A stretch of 59,871 bases of DNA, the filler included, from Catajapyx aquilonaris (Eukaryota), in assembly GCA_000934665.2 (NCBI GenBank). It is 3 parts of 3 records of this genome, joined end to end, with 100 filler letters (N's around TTAATTAATTAA, not from the genome) between each part and the next. Parts side by side here need not be neighbours in the genome. Positions count along the whole stretch, not along the records: positions 19,982 to 39,891 come from JYFJ02006371.1; positions 39,992 to 59,871 come from KZ539525.1; 1 more part is not named here. One strand, given 5' to 3'. Both the position numbers and the translations under genes were made by a program. Every line of letters begins with the position of its first letter. Within the stretch, counting starts at the first letter, position 1. The notes below the pieces were generated by a model, which did no database searches, was not told where the DNA came from, and saw only the letters and a list, made by a program, of their open reading frames with translations. Of this stretch, positions 35,801 to 45,000 are shown piece after piece.

Positions 35801-35872
35801 CGTATCATCTGTAAGGTCCCCTTTCACACTTGCTTTCTTCTTAATTTTCATCAGTTTGGTTACGCCCTTCAT
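21829..35872 (-). CDS. NSD/Mes-4-derived chromatin reader lacking the SET domain (or recent pseudogene); exons 35872-34504, 28138-27591, 21993-21829; ~693 aa
   Basis: PWWP1 (LVLAHLQGYPYWAAVV...HVDFLGSNAEHAWI), an HMG-like segment, PHD1 split by a phase-1 intron (VCQICEKG|VRRKDELWQCKGKCQNYFHRSCL), PHD4 (WCCQCSKGGILISCGRCRAAFHHGCL), PWWP2 (IVWAKPGNYRWWPG...VKFFGTHDFYW), the post-PWWP helix (FQRALVEA), then a stop. Splice phases 1 and 0 are consistent. Confidence 0.8.
22083..23020 (-). mobile_element. 5'-truncated LINE (L2/CR1-group-like), 3' end of ORF2, frameshifted
   Basis: RIFDAQIVPSVLYNVQIWG...LERVQTYFLKK, RLETGRRQLE, and a CTLCN...HMVYECC zinc-knuckle-like motif, followed by a (CTTA)n tail at ~22083-22096. 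Confidence 0.8.
23029..24609 (+). mobile_element. Non-autonomous Kolobok-like DNA transposon with long TIRs and a THAP-domain remnant
   Basis: TTAA on both sides; AGGGACACTCC...GGAGTGTCCCT termini; ~360-bp imperfect TIRs. Internal THAP-type ORF (ATG 23558, CVVY frameshift CKRH...FP...QW...VCIDHY...LKPNAVPT). Confidence 0.85.
24614..24938. mobile_element. Palindromic MITE
   Basis: gttaattgcacacacc...ggtgtgcaattaac, with ~130-bp imperfect inverted arms. Confidence 0.75.
26551..27385. mobile_element. hAT-like MITE containing a nested Tigger/pogo-like MITE
   Basis: TIRs CAGGGTTGGCA / TGCCAACCCTG, with subterminal GATTAT/ATAATC repeats; near-duplicated flanks ctattac/atattac. Confidence 0.75.
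26765..27194. mobile_element. Tigger/pogo-like MITE (nested)
   Basis: TA-CAGTCAATCCTCGTTTAACA ... TGTTAAACGAGGATTGACTG-TA: perfect 20-bp TIRs with TA TSD. Confidence 0.9.
28932..29224. mobile_element. MITE with 8-bp TSD (hAT/P-like)
   Basis: TSD GTTCCAGC (28924-28931, 29225-29232); TIRs CAGCCCCACGCAACTC / GAGTTGCAGGGGGCTG; internal inverted blocks. Confidence 0.85.
29790..30191 (-). mobile_element. tRNA-derived SINE family A, copy 1
   Basis: Head GGGGAGGCGGAGTGGTGCTGCGGTAAC...GGTTCGATCCC (Pol III A/B boxes), body shared with the other three copies, (ATT)n tail. Confidence 0.9.
30853..31407. mobile_element. Tigger/pogo-like MITE
   Basis: TA-CAGTAAAACTTCTATAAGTCGAA ... TTCGATTATATTATGGAAGTTTTACGG-TA, with internal ttcgacttag repeats. 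Confidence 0.75.
31424..31800 (+). mobile_element. tRNA-derived SINE family A, copy 2
   Basis: Same head and body; (GAT)/(ATT) tail; 15-bp TSD aatagaaaatcaact on both sides. Confidence 0.92.
32128..33035 (+). mobile_element. Internally deleted mariner element (nested)
   Basis: TA-CGAGGTGTGATCAAAAAGTTCCCGGACTGT TIRs; degenerate transposase pieces (EQKICIKFCF; MLIIFFDILGIVHMEF; LRHDNA; HPAYS..LSP). Confidence 0.9.
33573..33866 (-). mobile_element. tRNA-derived SINE family D
   Basis: Minus-strand head GGCGGCATGGTGGTCTAGCGGTT...GGTTCAAATCCC; A-rich tail; TSD attttgtgttattt on both sides. Confidence 0.85.
34760..34993 (-). repeat. In-frame 117-bp tandem duplication within the first coding exon of the NSD-like gene
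   Basis: EYVFADYIRQERKELEERLRQIGEWVPEYGSNNDSNDDQ / EYAFADYIRQERKQLEERLRKMGEWVPEYGSNNGSNDDQ. Confidence 0.95.
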
Positions 35873-35937
35873 GATTTCTCACGTGCACTGTTGCTCCTAA
35901 AACAAATTTCGAAAGGAAATATATATAGTTACAGTCA

Positions 35938-36228
35938 CCGAAGCAGTAGTGGTGTAGTGGTATGGTGTACGACTGCTAATCGGGAGGTCCTGGGTTCGAA
36001 TCCCGGAGGCCGGCGACCCTGATCATGGTTTTCTGTGGTTTCCCATAGTCATCGCCGGATAATTCCGGGGTCGTTACCGTAATAATAGGCCACAGCCGCT
36101 TCCTTCCTTACCTATCCTCGCCTCAATTCCGATGAAAAAGTATAGTAAAAATGGAAAGAGTTCCAGACAAAAAAAAATTGGCCCCCTAATAAAGCCTAAA
36201 GGGCTGATAATGGGATATCAATTATTAT
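35938..36228 (+). mobile_element. tRNA-derived SINE family B, copy 1
   Basis: A box GTGGTGTAGTGG, B box GGTTCGAATCCC, (ATT) tail, TSD tatatagttacagtca; second copy at 53409. Confidence 0.9.
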
Positions 36229-36546
36229 TATATAGTTACAGTCAGTGCATAAAAGCAATCCATCACCCTTTATTCTGCAGCATGCCAGTAAAAAATGAGG
36301 CCTAACAAGGGGCCCATACACCTGAGGGCAGCAGCTGGCCTGCAGAAATTAAACGAATTTCCATAATTCCCCCTTACCTCCAAAATTGTCACAAGTACAA
36401 TAATAAGTGACTAGTAACAAGCTTCACTGGTATTTTTGGGTGTATTGTTAATAATTGCTTCGTACAGTACCTATCCAGTGATGATGCACATCCCACAACT
36501 ATCTGTGTACTTCTCTCCCTCCCTCCCTGGCGTTGCTCTGTTTTAA

Positions 36547-39183
36547 GGGCGCACGATCACGACGATTTTTCCCACTCGCGGAGGCCAAGTCGGGCCGAGG
36601 GACGGGTGCAGTGTTGTGTTCGCACCGCCGCACAGTGGGTTGAGAAGCCCGCGCAGCGCGAACAAATTCGCCTCTCATTTGTTGCACATCCGTCCTACTG
36701 AAATATTGTCCCATCAGGTTTTTTAGGTCATTTACGTCATTTATATTGGTTTGAAGATATTGGGTCGGCTGCTTGTATAGTAGCCTAAGTGGTGAGACCG
36801 TTTGAGGGTTGAAATTGCTTAACGAACAGCAAAAGTCAATGCTTGAGGGGTGTGCTGTGAAAGCTTCTTACTACCGCATTTGCTGCTCATTGCAGCTGAT
36901 TTAATTTGTAAAATGGTGAGGACAGTCTAATGGATCGCTTGCACCGAAGTGGGAGTCAGTGGTATGCGGTGGTATTTTTGCAGCTCACTTGGTTTCGCGA
37001 ACATGGTATACAATTGCACATTGGTGGGTATGATGTCGTTTCGTCCTTATTTTGGGGTCAAAGTTGAATATGTTGCATTTGCTTATTAGTGGACAATAGA
37101 GTGCAACTGGCAGGAACAGCATGCTCTGTTTCTGCATCTTTTAGGTACCGAATTGTGCCACGCAAATGATATCTTTCGTACGCAGGAAATGCTGTAGCTC
37201 ATATATGCTGGTACTTCAGGGGGTCGTGACACGTATGAAAGACTCTATGTGACGATTAATGTTATCAAATGAAATAGTCCATATTCATAACTGTAATGTC
37301 AGACTATGTTTGTGTGTTTTGCACCATGTTCGCGGAATCGAATTTGTTCGCGCTGCGCGGGCTTCTCAACCCACTGTGCGCCGATGTGGCCGTCTTGCTG
37401 GAGGTGCGGACCTGAAATTGTCACAGCATGGCGAGAAAGAGCCAATTGAGCCTCCCGACCAAGGCTCGATCAATTCGGATAATAATTGCGCGATCTAGAA
37501 GGGGAAGAGTTTTTAAAAAACGGGTCACGGCACTGGCTCAGGATGCGAATTTGGGAAGAATCTCGCTTTCTCACGATGGCCTTAGCCCTCCTCTTGCTAG
37601 TCCTCCAAAGTGCGATTTTTTGGGCCGGTGGTATTTGCGCAAGTAGACAAATCGTGTCACCCCCCCAACAAGTAAAATAGCCGGCAGAACTCGCTGATGA
37701 AGAGCGGTTGGTAGTGCAGCCGAGCCCCCCACCCCACCTCAACCCTACTCTCCACTTGCTGCAGGGGGGAACCGGATTGGGATGGTTTTTGGGCTAAAAG
37801 GGTATGGAGGGACGATGCCTGATGTTCTGCGTAATCGTGGAATGCATACCATAGAGAATATCACTGAATATGACTTACACATTATTTTCCCCGGCAAATG
37901 CATTGAAGCGCTGGCCAATGGATGGAACAAATCGACTTGCTTCTTGCGGAAGCGAATCACTGCTATTTTTACTATTTCCTTCCATTTTTGTTGGTGGTGG
38001 TGTTGTTGTTGTTGTTATTATTATTATTATGATCGTTAATGATGATGATGATGATGATGCTAATAATGCGGTCACTCTCATTGTACGCGTGGGACCAATT
38101 TTTCTGACCCATATGCAACAAAACTTGTCAATCGAGTTCAATAATCCTTATACCCCGGGGGTAGGTAAGTTGGGGGTCCTCCTGTCGCCTAAAGTGCTCC
38201 ACCCTTCGGCCCTCCAGGGCGATGTGCGGACCTTCCCAGATGTCATCCAAGTGTACGAGGTCATGGGCCGATGCAGAGAAAGGGAGCAATTAGCAGGAGG
38301 ACCACCAACTTACCTGCCCCCGGGGTATAAGGATTATTGAACTCGACTGACAAGTTTGGTTGCATATGCGTCAGAAAAATTGGTCCCACGCGTACAATGC
38401 GAGTGACCGCATTATTAGCATCATCATCATCATCATTAATGATCATAATAATAATAACACCACCACCACCACCACCACCAACAAAAATGGAAAGAAATAG
38501 TAAAAATAGCAGTGATTCGCTTCTGCAAGAAGCAAGTCGATTTGTTCCGTCCATTGGCCAGCGCTTCCATGCATTTGCCGGGGAAAATAATGTATAAGTC
38601 ATATTCAGTGATATTCTCTATGGTATGCATTCCACGATTACGCAGATCATCAGGCATCGTCCCTCCATACCCTTTAGCCCAAAAACCATCCCAATCCGGT
38701 TCCCCCCTGCAGCAAGTGGAGAGTATGGTTGAGGTGGGGGGGGGGGCNGGGGGGCCTCGGCTGCACTACCAACCGCTCTTCATCAGCGAGTTCTCCCGGC
38801 TATTTTACTTGTTGCGGGGGGTGACGGGATTTGTCTACTTGCGCAAAAACCACCGGCCCAAAAAATCGCGCTTTGGAGGACTAGCAAGAGGAGGGCTAAG
38901 GCCACCGTGAGAAAGCGAGATTCTTCCCAAATTCGCATCCTGAGCCAAGATGCCGTGACCCGTTTTTAAAAAACTCTTCCCCTTCTAGATCGCGCAATTA
39001 TTACCAGAATTGATCGAGCCTTGGTCGGGAGGATCAATTGGCTCTTCCTCGCCATGCTGTGACAATTTCAGGTCCGCACCTCCAGCGAGACGGCCACACC
39101 GGCGGTGAGAACACAACTCTGCACCCGTCCCTCGGCCCAACTTGGCCTCCGCGAGTCGGAAAAATCGTCGTGATCGTGCGCCC
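36547..39183. mobile_element. Large foldback Kolobok-like non-autonomous element (~0.9-kb inverted arms)
   Basis: TTAA-GGGCGCACGATCACGACG...CGTCGTGATCGTGCGCCC-TTAA. 36547-36630 plus 37384-~38180 pair with ~38290-39183; central spacer ~110 bp. Confidence 0.9.
36631..37378. mobile_element. Non-autonomous Transib-like element nested in the left arm of the foldback element
   Basis: Perfect 40-bp TIRs starting CACAGTG; 5-bp GC-rich TSD CGCCG (36626-36630, 37379-37383); absent from the right arm. Confidence 0.9.
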
Positions 39184-39891
39184 TTAAGGGTGCGGAGTAG
39201 TAAAAATATGTTACAGCAGGATGTCTCTGGTGCAATCTGGCAAAGCGAACCTACCGAATGTTTGTACAACAATAAAAAGCAGTTGTTGCCCCCATTGCAG
39301 TGTGTGTCCAAACGCAGGATTGCTTGGACAAAAATGGAAAAACCAAACTGGCAGAGTCGTATCAAATCTGCCCTAGTGTAAGAAAGTAATGTCTGAACAA
39401 TAATAAAAATAGCTTTGGTAGGTTCAATTGAAAAGGGTTTTATACCAGGCAGGTACTCCAGTCGAGTGTTCACCTGCCACCTTTTAATGTCTATTCAGTG
39501 GGCTTCGAATGGTCATGGAAGAAAGGTCACCGCATTTCCCAAATTCAGGCTCATCCAGATTTTAAGCACAGCTTAAAATACCTCTGACTAAGTACTACTT
39601 ACTCTAATGTAGCAATTTGAATGTGACCTTGAAATGTCGCTGACAGTCGTTCTTTTGTTGAGGCTTCCATTACACGCATATGTAGTAACATTTCTCCCAT
39701 TTTAAAGACGAAAAGTTGCAGGTTACACCAAATTTCACTTCGAATCACACATATAATGAAAGACAAGACTCCCCAGTTATGCAGGGTGTATCAGAGTCAC
39801 GGGTCAAGCGAGTGCGAGGGGGGGGGGAAAAATCGTAGGTGGCGACAACCCCGGTCGGTTTTATAAAACAAATAGAAAGAAATACGCCAGT

Positions 39892-39991
39892 NNNNNNNNN
39901 NNNNNNNNNNNNNNNNNNNNNNNNNNNNNNNNNNNTTAATTAATTAANNNNNNNNNNNNNNNNNNNNNNNNNNNNNNNNNNNNNNNNNNNN
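39892..39991. other. Artificial contig linker (N run with TTAATTAATTAA)
   Basis: Same 100-nt design as 19882-19981. Confidence 0.95.
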
Positions 39992-42071
39992 CCTTCCGGC
40001 CCCGCCTGACATCATAAGGTGCCAGCGACTGGAAGAAATGAGGGCCAAGCTGTGTGACGAGAATGCGGATAAACACTTGGCTCACCCCAGGGCATGCCCA
40101 ACCCACTCAGCAGATTCCCCTGCAGTATGACCAAGACACAATGTGCAATTATGGGGCACCCACAGGGATGCTATGTACTATGCATTTCCTTACACCTAAC
40201 ACATCTATAGCCTACTTGTGCTTGTCACCTGCTCTATCCAAGCATATGATTACAACTCAAGAGCAAGGACCTCACAATGTCCACAGATTTCAATTGTGGG
40301 TTTCTAAATTGTGACTGAAACAGTCAAGTGACTTGCACATCATAGCACACTTTATGACACCATTCTGTCAGCCTGTGTATGGCAGCAGCAAAGCATGAAA
40401 CTTATTTATACCATACGAGCAATTCCATGATAATGTCAACCGGGCAGGGGTTTCAAAAAATTTATGGTAGGAGAAAATATATTGCTCTGTGAGTCAATTT
40501 GTTATATGAAAACACTGTTCTGGCAATTGACTCTGCGTAAGAAAGTGTCACAACCTCATAATTCGCAGGAATTTCATATAATGTAGTAAACCCCTTCCTG
40601 TAAGGCTGTTTTACTTATGTCCCGTCCCTAACACGCACAATAACCCTGCTGGTCCTCTTGTGTTATTTGAAAGTGGTCATTTAACACACTGGGTGAAAGT
40701 TCAGATCCTTCTTGTTCCCTGTGCCATAGGTATTACATTATCACTTGCATATTACATCGCAGGACCAGTGATCTGTCCCCGCTTGCACGTGTGATTGTCC
40801 TGTCCCTAACGCTGGAATTGCTCATACATAATGATCCAGATGATGGCTCTGGATAAGATACATTTTCTCACAAGTGGCACGTACCCGCATGCACCAAAAT
40901 GAGATTTAGAAATTGTACCAGAATTTTGAGGATCTAGGCAAGGTGAACACCGGGGTTTATGTGCTTGTGAGGAAGGTTATATTCTGCCTCAATCAGTGAC
41001 GCAAAGTTAAACCAGTATCAGTTAAGTACCGGTACCTTGTCCAGGAAAGAAAGACAGCCCATCTGCAATGAAAGTAGAAAAACCACAGTCATGCAGTCAT
41101 TGTTCTTTGCTACCAAGCCCACCTGCTAATTCAATGCTGTCTCACACATGATAACTTGATGATAAGCAACTGCACTCCACTCCTGCACGCCAACCATTAT
41201 TTCAAAGCTGCTGTCCTAATCATCATTGTTCACTTCAAGTGTTGGTTTTGTACTTTTGATAGCTTGTGACAGTAACAAATTTTATTACAATGCAACGTTT
41301 TCATAATTACGGAAATGAAAACAGGACGATGAATCATGAATGTCCACAAACAATAGGCCTACATAAATTTTTTTATCCTACTTTCCTTACATACACATGG
41401 GAATAATGTGATGCATTGTACAATAATTGTTCATGAATCAGGTTCTACTGGTACTTTTCACGGTTTTCAGGAGCTTATCTGCAACAATAACAACACAAAT
41501 CTACAGCTATAGCATTTGCTGAAGTAATTGCATACAATCACTTCTCAGTCTACCAATACCATCATATTATCATCATCCAAAACATCATAATGTTAGTAAT
41601 GGATTATATTGCTTGTAACATTTGATGTTAAGCACTTTATTATCATCACTAATTCCCAAGTTTATGTCTTGAAATGCTATGAGATCTGGCAACATATCAG
41701 TTACAATAATCAGATCCCAATGATGTGAGCAATGCAATGTGTAATGGGAGCTAACAAAACACTCCTATTAGTCGTATAGTAAGATACTTTGGACAGGTTA
41801 GGTTAGAATATTTTGTCCTGTGCAATTCAAAAATTCAGAACCAGACTCTCAACCAGAGTCAGTACACTACCCACATTTACAATACCGGTATTTATTGTTA
41901 TAAATTTCAGCAATCATGTAGGTTTCTTTTGACCATGTTGCTAGATTTTCTTAGGCACTTACTGTCATCAAAAGAAACCTCAACAATATGAATTAGCCAA
42001 CATGTCATCAGCTCTTGATATTGCTCATAAACACAGATGGGTGAACTCTGGTGAACTGCTGTTGGTGTTGC

Positions 42072-45000
42072 TTAGGCTGCTAACAGAAATGCCCCACGGC
42101 ATTCAATAGTCCTTGCCCAACAGCCTACATCAACCAAATCATGGAGTATCTTCTCTGTCACTTCTGAATTGTGCCTGAAATAGAAGTGGATATTTTAAAA
42201 TGGGTTCAAGCTTATCAAATGGTGTGCTGGCAAATGTAAGAGACATGGCATAAGGCAGGAGAGTTATGGAGAAGAATAAATAGGTGTCAAACGCTCTCTC
42301 ATGACATTTTGGCTTTTCATGTGGCATTATTACTATTGGTTTACCACTTGTGGATTGATGGCAGGATTCTAATTCCCTGCCTTTACTGAACCAATCACAA
42401 TAAGTTTGCATTTAAATACACTGACAACAGTTTGTAGCCACCAGCACATACATACTCGTATCAAAGCACCTTTTGTAGTAAGTTGCAATGTCAATCATTA
42501 CAACATGCTCCAACAGGTGCTAATATACACTTACCTATAGTCAGGATGGGTCCTCACAAAATCACGGATCCAGCGAGCAGTGGTTTTAGACTCGCCTGAT
42601 GCCCTCCTACGCCAGAGGCATAGATATGATTCCAACAGGTCCAAAGTTGCCATATCCAGTTCATTCTTCCAAAATTCAATCTCTTCCTTTATTATCCCAG
42701 CAAGTCCAGGAAAGCACACACATCCCTATATTCAGAAAGAGCATAAATCATTGTAGCTAAAAGTAGTAAGTGAGATAACTCTCAAAAGGGAACAATACCT
42801 TTATCCCATTAACAATCTGATTCACAGACATCAGATTCCAGTCTCTGTCATGGCTTACATCACAACTGATATTCTTCCTTGGTCCTAGAGGAAACCAAAA
42901 CAGTTCCCTCAAGACAGCATCTCTGATGGTAGCCCGACACATGTTATCATCCAAGAAACTAACAGGTACTCGGAAGTTTAAGTCAGGTCGGCGGAGGACA
43001 GCTCTGGACAAAAGAACGACCATGCTCATGAAGGCTGCATTTTCCACTTCACTCATCTGTGCTTCACAAGGCCGGAACTCAACACGCCATCCACACGACT
43101 GGCTCTGTCAAAATTGCATAAATGTTAGCTGCAAATACCGTAATATTTCCTACATGGCATGTGTAACTGCAGCAGTGTTGTTGAAAAGCACATGAGAAAA
43201 CAGCATGAGAGCTTCACCAGCAATATCAGTCATAATTTTGAATACAATTTTCCCCTTACCGGAGGTTTGAGACGCACTGTTTGGTAGCAAAAGCTCAGGC
43301 ATATGTCATGGAAATATCTGTCAGCATCACTTCCAGCACACTGCAGATAATGGTGGTGAAGCAGAAGTGGTGGTTGTGCTAATATGGTTGACACATGGCG
43401 GGCAAGAAGTGAATCTGCACCTCCACTCTCCATCTGGTGTCGAACGCTCTCCTCCACTCCTTCGTGTTCAGCACACTCCCACAAGTCGTTGAACCTTTCT
43501 GCTCCTTCTGACAAGTATCCACCAATGCTAGACACTCTAGGCCGACCAGAGAGAGTTGGCCGAGAATCAAAGGAAGATACTAACAGAGGCCACCGGGTAT
43601 CACTATCAAGAAGCATGCCCCGTAAAGCTGGTGAGGCTGCAGAAAGAGCCAGGAATATTGGCGCCATGGCTGCAAGCTGGTCATAGAGGCGTCTAGCTGA
43701 TGGGAAATCAGGTGCCTGGACTGTCACCTGCACGGCACATGCACTGGCACCCACAGCTGTGCCTTCTGCACATAACACCCCAGACGGAGCCCAACGTGGT
43801 GCTATTGGATCACGCCATGGCCATCGAGTCAGCCTGTCTCGAAACACTGGAAATGACACCATTGCTTAGATTACATGGTCATAAAGCCAATCACATACTG
43901 TTATGAAATACAGCATTCACAAATAGTGCCTCATACTGAGAATATACTGGCAGGAAAATGTGAAAATCCACAACATAAGTTACATGTTGCTGCAGTAGAT
44001 TAATCTTACAACACTCCCATTTCACAATAAACCTGATATGCTGTCTCAGAAATGTATTATGAGGTGGGGAAATTCCATACACTTTTTTTTGGTAGCCGTG
44101 CTTTCAATAGTCACTGCTGTAAATTCATTACTTTTTAATAGATGTTAAGCATGCATGTTAATTAAGCATTTACAATGCAGTATATTCCCTTCTTTTATCA
44201 TAACAAATATGTTCGCCCTCATCACTTTCAGCCAATGGCAATTGCCAACATACGTACAGGGTGGAAATGAATTAGGGGGGACAAACTTGTAGGGGTAATA
44301 GAGGGGACCAAGACAAACATATTTGACACAGGTACCCGTGATGGGAAACGCCATCTAGAGGGGGTTCATAGACAAGGAACGGGTGCGCTCAGACGTGTCA
44401 GGCGGGCGGCGTTAGCGAGCGGACCGTTTAGTTGCTAGGTGGCTCGCAGATTGTACACAACTCAGCAATTCGCAATAACCTGGCAACAACAGAGTTGTGT
44501 TGTTTATTATCTGCGCGCTACCTAGCATGCTGACTTTAGTTGTTAGGTGGTTCAGTTGTTGCCAGATTATGGCAAATTGCGAAGTTGTGTACAATCCGCG
44601 CTCCACCTAGAAACTAAACGGTCCACTCGCTAGCGCTGACCGCCTGAAGTGTCTGAGAGCACCCATTCCTCGTCTATGAACCCCCTCTAGATGGCGTTTC
44701 TGAACACGGGTACCTACGTCAAATATGTTTGTCTTGGTCCCCTCTATTACCCCTACAAGTTTGTCCCCCGAATTCATTTACACCATGTACATGGTATCAT
44801 CGATTCCTCTCAATTGTTGCTATAAAATTACATATCTGTGCACAACCAAAACTTTCATCTACAGTTAAACAAGACCCTACCAGTCTCAATCAGTGAGAAA
44901 ACTACGAGTTTTTCAGTCTCCCCACTCCTTGATGATTCCTCTCAGCCTCAGGGGATAACAATATTGTACCGTTCTTGAGAAGTCTAATGCAGAAAAATAT

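Noticed and set aside
35941..36015. tRNA-like sequences (also at 30110-30191, 33790-33866, 53412-53485) as tRNA genes
   Set aside because: They lack a proper acceptor stem and are followed by shared bodies, simple-repeat tails and TSDs, so they are SINE heads.
37259..39473. Many 60-160-aa ORFs with poly-C/Y/D/P/W tracts
   Set aside because: They are translations of microsatellites inside the foldback element, mirrored on both arms.
19882..39991. Treating the IR/tubulin, NSD-like and GCLC loci as one functional cluster
   Set aside because: They are separated by artificial linkers, so linkage is not established.
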